Assembly: GCA_001179505.1 (NCBI GenBank)
Contig: CDMY01000104.1
Span: forward strand, 127,230-190,998
Origin: Vitrella brassicaformis CCMP3155
Lineage: Eukaryota; Protista; Chromerida
Length of the DNA stretch: 63,769 nt
Direction: 5' to 3'
Shown here: in pieces, positions 34,870 to 46,081 of the stretch
Numbering within the stretch: the first letter of the stretch is position 1
Layout: every line of letters starts with the position of its first letter
Made by a program: the position numbers and the translations under genes
The notes under the pieces: model-generated
The model's input: the letters and a program-made list of their open reading frames with translations, nothing else
Told to the model about the DNA's origin: nothing
The model's database searches: none

Positions 34870-36107
34870 ACAGACAGACAGACGGACAGATAGATAGCTA
34901 GGAGGGGATGGGTGGTGTGTCGATAGTGTGAATAAATCGGTATGAGATGGGACGGAGGCAGGCCGTTTGTGTGCTTGAGGGCCTTTCGAAGCAAACGTTG
35001 CGAGGGTGTTTAGTGTGTTTAGGCAAGCGCGAGACAGTCGGCCGACAGGAGCGAACAGCAAGACGGGAGGGACAGATGGTGAATCGGCGGCTGCGTGTGC
35101 TGCGTGTCTAGTTGATGTGTTCTTCACACACACACGGCTACCTGTCTGCCTGCCTGGAGGGCCTGCCTTGCGTGTCCACTACATTTTGTTCGCGGCGTGA
35201 GGCTCACACCGGCGGCATTTAGTGTTTTAACCATGATTACTTCCGGCGTGTGTTCCATACATACAGAGTTTCTGTAGACTTACGTGTTCATACGAAGGCG
35301 AAGAAGGCAGGGCAGGCGGGCTCTGACTGGCTGGTCCGTATCCAATGTGTGCATGCATGGCATGATGGTTGCGGTGCAATTTTGGCTTCACATGTGAGAC
35401 ATGTTGGTAAAGAGACAAGTGGCATGCCTCGAATGTGTCCATCCCTGCTCCAGACGGCCGCACACAGACGTACGCAACGCAACCTGTGCATGCACCGCAC
35501 CTCCTCAATCCTTCCCTCCTCAGTGTAGAGGCAGGCAACACGCACGGTAGGTAACGGACAGACGCCAGCCACCGGCTATATTGAGTCGCTGTGTTTTCAG
35601 CATGTTTGCTCCTCGGTGGCCATCCAAACCCACACCACCGTTGGTTGCATCAATTGTTGACTTGTGAAGGATTCAAATCCATCATTGACCTACCTGCTCT
35701 TTCCCCTCGATCTATGTAGCATAAAAGTCACAGTCAGGCCACACACACACACACACACACACACAAACAAACCAGCGGAAAGCCGGCCAGGCACACGAGC
35801 GATAGACAGACAGACTTGATTCACAAATCAGTGAATGAAATCGAGATCACTCAGGCACGTAGCCATCACCTCTTTGGCAGCAACTACTGCAGCATTCGCG
35901 AAGGAGCACAAAGCAAGGGGGTCGGTATATAAGAACATATTTCTCGCCCTCTTCCCTCCCACATGCACTCGCACACGCACTCTCTAGGTCTCGCTTGAGC
36001 AAAAGTGATTGACAACATGGCAATGATGATATTGACAGCAGGCCCCTCTCTCCCTCCCTCTCAGGCAGACAAGACACGTTTGGGTGATTTGAGTGAGAGA
36101 GAGTGAG

Positions 36108-36977
36108 TCAGTCCGGTCCCTTGGCTTCGCAAGGGCCGCACCTGTCCTCCGCCCCGTTCCTCTGCCCCGACTGGTCACGCTGGCTGTGGTGGTGGTGATG
36201 GTGATGCTCGGAGTGGCCCAACGGGCCTGTAAGCGACATACACACATACAGGCAAACGTGCGAACAATACACACACATGGATGGATGGATGGATGGATGT
36301 GCCGTGTGCAGTGGGAGAGGGTGCGGTGTGTGGTGCGTACGGTCGGGGCATATGACGTCTCGGATGAGTGTCTTGAGCTGCATGCGACACAAGGAAAGAA
36401 ATGGAGGGAGGAGAGGACGATATGACACCGCTTCCTCCATGCAGCGAGCGTCATTTGTGGGGATCTTTCGGTTCGTTTGTGGGTACCTACCTCTTTGGCT
36501 TCAATGAAGTGGCCGCCCTTCTCGCGGCTGAAAACTATCACACCGTTGCACCTGCGCACATCACATGAGCAGACAGACGACACACAGATCTGTCAGCGAT
36601 GCTTCTCTGCAGTATTCTCTTCTCTACCTGATGACGAAGACGCCCCCTGGAGGATCATTGTTCGGAATCAGCGCAACCTCGCCAATGTCCTTCTGCACAG
36701 GCAGATCACACACGCCAGCAACAACACCACACAAAGAGATGCAGGGACGCCATCGAGGCGAGCGGGATACTGCGTAGGTATCTCAGTTCTCACTGCGAAT
36801 GTCGAGAGCAGCTCCTGCGCCATCCAGGCTGCACGAAGCATCCATCTGCACCCCACACAGTACCTGCGCACACGCCACAACCGCACCGCACAAAGACAAA
36901 CTCACACATGTATGTATGCAGCAACGCGTTGGATCTTTGTGTTTTCCTCACTCTATCTCAATCCTGGGCTCCGGCAT
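36108..36977 (-). CDS. SelT/SelW/SelH (Rdx) family thioredoxin-like protein, CxxC (Cys, not Sec) form, with a His-rich C-terminal tail; about 6 exons
   Basis: Spliced MPEPRIEIE|YCVGCRWMLRAAWMAQELLSTFA|KDIGEVALIPNNDPPGGVFVIR|CNGVIVFSREKGGHFIEAKE|LKTLIRDVICPDR|PLGHSEHHHHHH...CGPCEAKGPD*. Matches the Rdx signature CxxC.W..RAAW.AQELL.TF. Confidence 0.85.
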
Positions 36978-37022
36978 TCTTCGGCGCACGTACTTTCCTC
37001 TGCTTCTCCTCTTCAACTCAAG

Positions 37023-37033
37023 GCTAAGCTTGC
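37023..37033. promoter_or_regulatory. Candidate promoter palindrome, variant
   Basis: GCTAAGCTTGC between ATGs 36977(-) and 37144(+). Confidence 0.45.
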
Positions 37034-37143
37034 AAACGCCAGCGATCGTTCGGCGATCGCCGAGGAGTTGTCTGCACCAGCGAACCCGGCGAGGACCACA
37101 GCCTCCCGCAGCAGCCAAGACCATAGCCTGCCAAGCACCAAGA

Positions 37144-38495
37144 ATGAAGACCCTCGCTGCCCTCCTCTCGCTTGTGGCTGTTGCCGCCTTCCGCCCTCAT
37201 CCCGTGTCGGTGCATGAGCGTTCGCCTCTCAGATCCCGGTTCCGCACTCTGCCTCGCACCCTGACGACGCGTATGCAGCTGGCGCCCCTGCAGGGGCTGG
37301 CGGAGGTGTCCACCGCGGACCTCAAGATGAGGCTGCTGCAACTCGCAGCCTCGACCGACAGAGGCCAACAGGTGCGGATGCACACTGACTGATGCACACA
37401 CGTGATTCGTGGGCTGATGATCTCTTTATCTGCCGTCACGCTGTGCCTCGCGCTGTCTGCTGTTGTGTGCTGTCGGCTGGTCACGTTGCAGGCGACAAAG
37501 CGGCAGAAGGAGCAGATCAGCAATGTGGTGGATGATCTGAGCAGCCGAGGTCCGTTTGACTGCTCACCCGGCATGCTGAACGGCAGCTGGGTGCTGGTGT
37601 ACGCGTCGGCGCAGCTGTTCCGCAGCAGCCCGTTCTTCCTCTCTATCCAGGCCTCGTACGACGACTCCAAGAAGGCCTCACTCTTCTTCAAATTGCACGA
37701 ACTGCAGACGAGATCATGGGGATTTAGGTACGCACACACACGGACACATATCATGATGGTAGGCATCCAGTCAGTCCTTTCTGTGTGTGTGTGTGACGCA
37801 GTGAGATTGCCCAGGTGGGCCAGACTTTGCTCTTCCCCGAGGCAAACAGCACCGACGGCCGGCTGCGGAGCGATTTTAACATCAAGGTGCTCCCCAGCAC
37901 TGTCGTGCCTCTCGTCGGATGGTGGAAGGTACAAAGCACACACGCACGCACACACGCATGCGCACACAGCAGATGGATCCATGCGGCTGATTGTGCTGTA
38001 TGCTATCACGTTTTCTTCATTCAATGTGCACAGCTGCTGCCGACGTTCGGTGGCAACGTGCGGTCCATAGCCAACGCCAGCATCTCGGGAGACGCCAACC
38101 AGCACCTAGACCTCACCGTCGACCTCACCAAGGTCAAGGCCAGCGAGGACCTCCCTCTCATGCCGCTGCTGGGGCAGTTCCTGGCCGAGCAGACGGGCAT
38201 CCGTGTGTCGAATGTGTGGAAGCGGCTGAGAGGCAGCGTGCCGACTGCACGTGTGACGCACGTGTTCGTCGACTCGGGAATGAGGATCGCCAAGGACAGC
38301 CAGGGGGAGGTGTTCGTCTACGTGCGGGATGTCGACGACGACTTTGATGACCTCGGTGCCACTGCGGGGGTGGGTGACGACCTCGATGAGCGAGAGATCC
38401 CGATTGAGGGCAATGGGGAGGAGCTGACCGTCCCGATAGAAGGAGAGGGAGACGTCAAGGAGGCGGAGGAGAAGAAGGCAGTACAGTCGGCTTAG
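37144..38495 (+). CDS. Plastid lipid-associated protein / fibrillin (PAP_fibrillin) with bipartite plastid-targeting presequence; 4 exons
   Basis: MKTLAALLSLVAVAAF (signal ending in an AF motif), Arg/Ser/Thr-rich transit peptide, LKMRLLQLAASTDRG, LNGSWVLVYAS...FRSSPFF and VFVDSGMRIAKDSQGEVFVYVR. Confidence 0.85.
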
Positions 38496-39174
38496 GAAGG
38501 AACTAGGAAGGGAGGTGTCTGATGGGCAGTTTTGTGTCGGGTGTTGCGCCCTCTCTCGCTGACTCCTCCATCCTTTATGTGTGTGTGTGTATGCGTGTGT
38601 AGTCACTATTCCCTCACTGCGTAGCCCAGCCCCCCCATCCTACCTATCTCCCTGCCTCTCTCCTGTCTCCCTGTCTGATGCACGGTCCATAATTACGCCA
38701 TACATAGGGGGGGGGGGGTGTGTGTGTGTGTTGGAGTTTTTGGTCTGTTCTTGTCGATAGTGGGTGAGTGATGCGACAGACATTGGCGACACAGATGCAT
38801 GGCATCGACGAGTCCACTTAACAGCCATCACGGAGTCATCGAAACTGGCACAGGCAGGTGACTCCTCGAGCTCTTGCACCACGCACACTCAGAGGCTGGG
38901 TGTCCGGTGCTGGCCAGCACGTAGACCGACCAGCATACACCACCCTCAGCCAGACACAGCGCACTCAGCAGACCGGGAAAAAACGAGATTCAACTCACCG
39001 TCTCACCTCCGTTTCAACGAGTGTTCTAGAGAGAGCACATTCATGGTGGCCACCCTGCCCACCTTTCTTCACTGGAGGGCCGAGAACCTTGCCCACTGTC
39101 TCTGATTACATCTTTCTCCCCCCGCCCATAAATGGATGCCTCTCAATCAATGGCCCATCTCATGCGCATGGTCA

Positions 39175-39510
39175 TCAGTGGCTGTGGAGCTCGTCCATCT
39201 CGTCAGGGTCACACGAGCCAGGCTCCTCGCCATTGGCATCATCATCACACCCCTCGTTGTGATCCCCCAGCAGCACCAGGGCTGAAAGGGCAGCTTCCTC
39301 CGCCTTGGCAGCTTCCTCCGCCTTGTAGGCCGTCCTGCGTCGCTTGATTTCTCGCCTTGTCGGGCGTCCACGGGGGTGGCGTGAGGCGGTGCGTTTGATG
39401 AGGGGGCGTGGCCTGGTGTAGGGGTTGAATTCCGGCGACTCATCCCCTCGGTCTTCTGTGGCCTCACTGCCGGCCAGGAAGCCAAACGCACCATCCGTTT
39501 CTGCCACACA

Positions 39511-39544
<34 letters not shown>

Positions 39545-41180
39545 CAGAGAGAGAGAGAGACGGGCAAATGTTAGTTCGATGCGCTGAGGTGCGTGTTGCG
39601 TCGGTCTCCTCACCATAGTCATCAAAATCCCTCTTCTGGATGTTCCTGCGGCTCCGCCCGACGACCAGCCACTCGCCGTCCTCACGACTGTACCATCGCG
39701 GCCTGCGGGCCGCGGGGGGCAGGCTGGACAAGGCCGTGGCCGAGGCCTTGCTGCTGGTAGTTGGCTGCTCTTGCTCCTCTCTCTCTTCCTGGTCGACGTC
39801 TATACTCCCGATGTCGTCATCCTCATCTTCGGCGGGGTGGTCTGAGGTGTCCTGGCGACTGGCGCGGAACAAGGCCGCCTTGTGAGGACGCTCCTTCTTG
39901 TCGCCCCGAGGGCGCTTAGTGGTGGTGCCGGACCCATATGGCAGCAGGCCGTCAGGGAGTGGGGGTGGAGGGGCGATGGGAAGGGACCCCTCACCGGCAA
40001 CGCTGGACAACGAAAGGAAAAGGGCAGCGGATCAGATCAGACGGAACAGATGGATGAAGTATGGCAAGACTGGCCGGCCGGCCAGCTGTGTGTAAGGTGC
40101 GTCAGTCACCTGCCGAGGGCATTGCTGTGGTGTTTGGCGTTGGGGCTGACGGTGCCGGCGGTGGTGGATCCGTCCTCCTCGCGGCTGACCATGGGGGGCC
40201 GACTGCACACAGACAGACAGCCACACACACACCGCACCGACAGACACGGCAGCGTGTTCGTTTGTGTGATCTGATCTTGCCTAGGTATGGGTACCCAGCC
40301 CGGCGACGCACAAGCAGCATTTCTTGCCTGACTTACGTGCGGAGGACTGATACACGCTTCGATATCCCCGACTCAGCCCTGCACCATCCATTCATCCGCC
40401 CGCCACACGAGATCCAACACCACTCCCGGCCCTCGGTCGATGCGATGTCTCCCTCTTGCCTTATTTGTCTGTCATTGCTCACCTCCCTAGTTCCCCCGCC
40501 AGGACAGCGTTCTTGTATGCCTCACTGGTTCTGTCGACCATGGGCATGAGGTGGTCTGCCTCGACCATCTGTGAGTATCTGCTGTGGAGGTAGCACTCCT
40601 CCTCGGGCAGCCACGGGAGGCCCTGACGAGTGCACCCGGGGGGGACTGATAAGTGGATGCGATCAACAGACAGACAGACAGAGAGACAGTGTGCAGTGGC
40701 CCTTCCTTTCTCCCGGCCGGCCCTTCGTTGCTCGCCAACCTGGGAAGGTGACGTTGTCCTCATTGCCACGCCCATCCCAACTTGGGGCATGATGGCTGTC
40801 GTTCGCCTCCTCCATCGCACCGTCGACCTGCATGCCATGCGATGGAAACCAACAGGCGTGCAAACACATGCACCCATACATTCCACAGGTCTGTTGTGTG
40901 CATGTGCTGTGGATAAGGCAGCCCACCCCCACCCACCTTAGCTCACCTTGTCCTCAACCCACCTTAACCTCCTTGTTTATCAAAACACACCTGCAAACCG
41001 CACCAAGACGACAACGTGACTGACATGAGAGGATCTTTTGGTTGAAGATCTTTTGGCGCCGGTGGAGCGTCGTGTGTTCTTGCCTGTCTGTGTGTTCTCC
41101 CGCCCTGTTGCCCGGCTCCGTACAGGATACATACCGGCGAGAGTGAGAAGAGGAAATCGATGAATGATCTGCTGCGTCAA
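39175..41180 (-). CDS. Low-complexity nuclear-type protein with a candidate Myb/SANT-like repeat; multi-exon, 5' end uncertain
   Basis: Spliced PWLPEEECYLHSRYSQMVEADHLMPMVDRTSEAYKNAVLAGELGR|AESGISKRVSVLRT fits the Myb-like pattern W..EE..L...GR....I..R...L. Acidic/basic exons follow (ORF 39147-40010 and 39175-39567). Confidence 0.5.
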
Positions 41181-41269
41181 GCCTTACAGTCACACACGAG
41201 GGAGGCGCCTTGCTCTGCTGGAATAATACACCCCTAATGATACACCCCTACTCGCGCAGGGTATCCACA

Positions 41270-41286
41270 TGCGAGCTAAGCTCGCA
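41270..41286. promoter_or_regulatory. Candidate promoter palindrome, perfect 8-1-8
   Basis: TGCGAGCTAAGCTCGCA between the Myb-like gene (-) and the SDR gene (+). Confidence 0.65.
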
Positions 41287-41333
41287 GGTGGCGAAGGAGA
41301 GACCCCTCCTGCTGCCGACGCGGGAAGGAAGAG

Positions 41334-41388
41334 AGGCAACAGGCACACGCAGAATGCATGCACAAGGCCTATCTGCTTTTCCCATGGA
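41334..41388 (-). repeat. 55-bp inverted copy of LINE 3'-region sequence 32499-32553 (52/55 identical)
   Basis: 32499-32553 reads tccatgggaagggcagataggccttgtgcatgcattctgcatgtgcctgttgcct. The reverse complement of 41334-41388 reads tccatgggaaaagcagataggccttgtgcatgcattctgcgtgtgcctgttgcct. Confidence 0.9.
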
Positions 41389-44224
41389 TGACAAGCATGA
41401 TGAGTGTGATGACGGCGGGAGGAGATCTGAGCAGAATGGCACGTTGGCGAATGAGATGGCCTGCAGCCATGATGCCGGTGACGCCGAAGGAGGGATGTGG
41501 GACGAGATCTCTGACGAGGACCTGCGCACATGTACCAAGGTGAGTCGAGTCACAGACGCTCACACCGACAGCAATTGAGGGCGGACACGCAGACATAACT
41601 GATGATAATGATACTATGCCTCTCTCTTTATCCATCTATCCATCCATCCATCAGGTGTTGGAGGCCTTCTCTCGTCCTCCGCCCACCCCCTCCCCTGCGT
41701 CAGATCCACCCCACTCACCCCACCACCGTCACACCCACCAGCATGTGCAGCGTCGCCTCACTCACTGGCGCTTCAAGGGCCTGCGAGCGGCACTGGCGCC
41801 CATGCTGCAGGAACACACTGCTGGACGGGTGCTCCCCAACCTCAAGAAGATGGACGTCGAGGAGGTGAGCGAGCAGACCTCTCTGTATTAATGGCCAGCT
41901 GTGTGTGCGTTATGTTGTCCGGCTCTTTTCAGCGTCGGCAGGCGGAGAAACGCGCCAAGCGTGAGCGACGGGCGGCAAAACTGCAGGCCGACCGGCACTT
42001 GATCAACAGCGCGTCGCTGCGGTACGAGCGGCTGCAGAAGCTTCATTCCCTCCAGCAGCAGCCCCTCACCGACACCGAGACCACCGCCCCTGCGCTGCCC
42101 CTCATCCCCGATGGCGTGGCCAGGGGCAGCAGCAGCAGCAATGCGGTGAATGGAGGGGCGACGATGATGATGATGTGTGACGTGACGGAGGGGGGCAAAG
42201 GCCAGGGGGGGCAGCAAGAGGATCAGCAGGGGGATGGAGGTGAGGATGGTGGTGAGGCTGACGGCGAGTTGTACAGGCTGAGAGCGTGTTACATCTGCAA
42301 GGCCAAATTTTCGACATTGCACCACTTCTACGATAGGCTCTGTCCGGTGAGTGAGCTGCCTGCCTGCCTGCGCTCCATTATGTCTGTGCTGTGTGGTGGT
42401 CTGTGTTGTGTTCAGCCGTGTGCGTCGTTGAACTGGTCCAAGCGGCATCAGGCGTGCGATCTGACCGGCCGCACCTGTCTCGTCACCGGTGGACGGGTCA
42501 AAATCGGCTTCCAGGTCAGTCAGGTCACATGAGCAACTAAGTGGCTTCTGCATCTCGTCAGTCAAGACACCAACACACCCATCCCATCCTGTGCTGTCCT
42601 GCTTGTTGTTCAGACCGCATTAAAGCTGTTGTGTGCAGGCGCGTTTGTGATAGTGACGACTCGGTTCCCCCACGATGCGGCCCGGCGGTACAGTGCGGAG
42701 AGCGACGCGTGTGAATGGCAGGGGAGGCTGCACATCTACGGCCTGGACCTGCGGCAGCTGCCGCATGTCGACGCATTCTGTGAGTTCATCAAACTGCGAC
42801 ACACCAGGTGTGTGGGGGGGATGAGGGGTGAGAGGCGAGAGGTGAGAGGGAGAAGTGACCGACCATACGATATGTGCGTGTGTTGGTTCCTTCCTGCGCT
42901 CAGATTGGATGTGCTGATCAACAATGCCTGTCAGACGGTGCGCCGGCCCGTGGCTTATTACCGGCACATGATGGAGGGCGAGAGAGCTCACGTCAACGCA
43001 CAGGAAACGCCCTCGCCCTTCACCAAGCTCCAGGCGGCCCTGGAGGACCACTGGTCCAGCTCCCTCCGTCCCCCCGCCGCATCCCCATCCACCCCCACAG
43101 CCACAGCCACATCCACTGCCATCGCTCGGCTGCCCGCAGACGGCCACCTGAGCGCCGCCACTGTCCCCGCCCCGCACCACGACAGCGCGGCTCTGTCGCA
43201 GGTGCCACTGACTATGGAGGACTGGGAGGTGCGTCGGGGCGGTGGTGAGATGGCGGTGCTGCCGGAGGGGAAGTATGACGTCAACGCGCAGCAGGTGGAC
43301 CTGCGCACCGTCAACAGCTGGTTACTTAAAATCAATGAGGTGAGAGAGGGAGAGGGAGGGGGGGAAGGGGAAGGGGAGGCGTGCTTGCTTGCTCGCCTGA
43401 TGTGTGTGTGTGTGTGTGTGTGTAGGTGGAGACCCCCGAGCTGATGGAGGTGTTTGCCATCAACGCGATGGCGCCCTTCATACTCAACGCCAAACTCAAG
43501 CCGCTCCTACTCAAAGCCACACCCCTGCACCCACAGACACACCAGCAGCAGCACACGGCACTCTCCCACCCAGCACCCCCACCTTCCTCCCTATCAGCAG
43601 CCATGCAAGCCGGCCAGCGGGGCGCGCTGCCCAACACCGAGGGCTTCAGACAGTACTACGGCGGCAGTGTCAGCGGTCGTGTGGACAACGAGGCGTACAT
43701 CGTGAATGTGAGTGCGATGGAGGGCAAGTTCCATCGCTACAAGGGCGCCAACCACCCGCACACCAACATGGCCAAGGCGGCCCTCAACATGATGACACGC
43801 ACAGCGGCCAAGGAATACGCCGACCAGGGCATCTACATGAACGCCGTGGTGCGGGGGCGGGGCGGGCGGGGGAGAGAGGAGAGGAGCACGGCGCGGGCAG
43901 CTGGATCGGTGTCCGTGTGGTGTGTGTGGTGGGTGTGTTGTGTGTGGTTTAGGACACTGGGTGGATCAACGACGAGAACCCTCTGCCGAAGGCCAAAGAC
44001 ATCGCAGATAAACACCACTTCCAGGCACGCAACGACACACACTCTACTGTTCATTCTCTCGTGTGCGTTGCTGCACACGGTTGGGTGTGTATGTGTGTGT
44101 GCAGACGCCGATAGACGAGGTGGATGCGGCTGCCCGCATCCTGGACCCTGTGTGGGTGGGCCTCATGACCGGCGACAGGGCGTACGGGCGGTTCTTCAAG
44201 GACTACTTCCCGAGCGAGTGGTGA
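41384..44224 (+). CDS. Short-chain dehydrogenase/reductase (atypical SDR) with N-terminal extension and a CxxC...H..C segment; about 8 exons
   Basis: [57 protein letters not shown]...[25 protein letters not shown] and [15 protein letters not shown]...FFKDY. An alternative in-frame ATG lies at 41354. Confidence 0.9.
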
Positions 44225-45019
44225 TCATGGCAATGCATTGGCAGGCAGTGCCTCCCCCCGTCTATGAAGCGTTTTGGTGGTTTGGTTTGGTTTGGTTTGC
44301 ATGCCTTGCAGTGGTTGGTGCGTGCGGTGTGACCGTGTACAGTGAGTGCAGTGTGTGCTGTGGTTGACGGGGAGGGCAGGCAGACCTCTCTCTTTTGACA
44401 GACACTTTGTCAATGATTCAAACGACGTTCCGTTCTGTGCTATCTATCGTGTTGATCACATGCAGCCAGAGTCATTACTATTGTTATTGCATGCCTTAAA
44501 CTGGTTGATGTTGTCGCGTGCAATGGTCTGTCTGTCTGTCGGCATGTCCACCACTTGACGGAGAATCTCTCCCTACTTGCCATGCCACCACCACACCACG
44601 CCACTCCACCCCTGACAGACACGCACGAACCAACCAACCAACCAACCACCAGAGAGGACGGACACACATCATGACATATATATCGCGGCCGACAAACAAA
44701 CAAAGCCACATGTGTCAGGCAGGCAGGTACGCGCCATTCACACACATCGCGATGCACGAGCCATGCCCTCCCTGTCCACTATATATCCCTTGGTGGCAGC
44801 GCACAACACAACAGACAGACAAACTTGATGGTTCGATGTGTGTGTGCGTATGAGAACGCAGCCCCGAGCATCGCCACAGCTCTCTATCGGTCATGTCCAC
44901 ACACACCAGTCGCCCAGCTCCACACACGCCTCACGACCACCGCGCCACCCACTGCCCTCACATCACACACACGTCCGTAGCTCACAGCAGACGACCCGCA
45001 TCTGCAGACAGACATGAGT

Positions 45020-45710
45020 GCTCACACGCATGTCGAGAGCATATGCATGGGCAGGACCTACGAGCGAATGCATGACAGGCAGGCAAGGCAGACACTCAGA
45101 CAGGCAATCAGCTGCAGGCTACCGAGCTGCAGTGCGCATGCCACCCACCCAGACCGCTCAGATGCTACAGCATGTACACCACCTCATAGATCTCTCTCTC
45201 TATCCACCGATTTCTTTGAGGAACTTGCTGTGGTCCATCGCCATGGAGTCGCGGAAACACTCCACCTTCCCGGGCGCCTCCTACCTGCCATACAGGCACA
45301 AACCAAAAACAGACAGACAGGAAACGATGCAACGCACACAAGCCTCGTGTGTTTCCATGCACTCTCCTCCAGCAGCGTACGCACAGGAGTCGCTTGAGTG
45401 CGTTCTGCGAGCAGCCGAGCGCCTTGCTATATGCCGCGAGGAAGGTCATACCGCTGCGGTGGAAGTGCCCACCCCCGCTGCCGTTGGCCGCCTCGAGAAT
45501 CATGTCCTTGGGCCAGCCGACATAGATCGAGAGGCTCTCGGGGATGGGAGTCGTCTTCCAAGACTGACCGGACATTTTCTGGAGGCTCGAGCTTCTATCC
45601 TCGACGTTTGTGGCCCGGATGGCTGGCCCGGTTGGGCGAAGGGAGATCTCTCTCGGTGCGAGGCACAGACGAAAGGTGTAGGCGACGATGTCTTTCGACA
45701 CAGTAGTCAT
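45020..45710 (-). CDS. Hypothetical protein; multi-exon, both ends uncertain
   Basis: Microsatellite-free coding-like exon MTTVSKDIVAYTFRLCLAPREI...KALGCSQNALKRLLC, spliced to EAPGKVECFRDSMAMDHSKFLKEIG. No family recognised. Confidence 0.45.
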
Positions 45711-45939
45711 GATGCAGGGCCACACACAGACACACACACACACACACAGAGGAGTTTGCTTCATCGGGCCAGGGTAATCAATCAAGCGGTCATTCATTGT
45801 ACACAATCACACACAGCGAGAGAGGGACGGATAGAGAGGGGGTGGTTGGTGCGGTACGGCGGGGGGCCTGGCAGGCCTGGCCTGGCCTGGCCGCTAGAGA
45901 TACACAGAGAGGTACACACAGGGTAGAGGAAGGACAAAC

Positions 45940-45951
45940 AGCTAAGCTTGC
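45940..45951. promoter_or_regulatory. Candidate promoter-motif variant in a tandem (non-divergent) spacer
   Basis: AGCTAAGCTTGC about 230 bp upstream of ATG 45710(-). Confidence 0.35.
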
Positions 45952-46081
45952 TGCACAAATACCGTCATCGTTCGTTCGTGTCAGTGGTTGGATGCGATGG
46001 CCCCCAGACACACACCACACGCACACTCAGAAGTCTGCTTGCTAATGAAGGCATCGCATCACGCTGTATGGATGTGGCTGG

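Noticed and set aside
36823-36873. Possible selenoprotein (Sec) in the SelW-like gene
   Set aside because: The redox motif is encoded TGT-GTG-GGG-TGC (CVGC) with no in-frame UGA.
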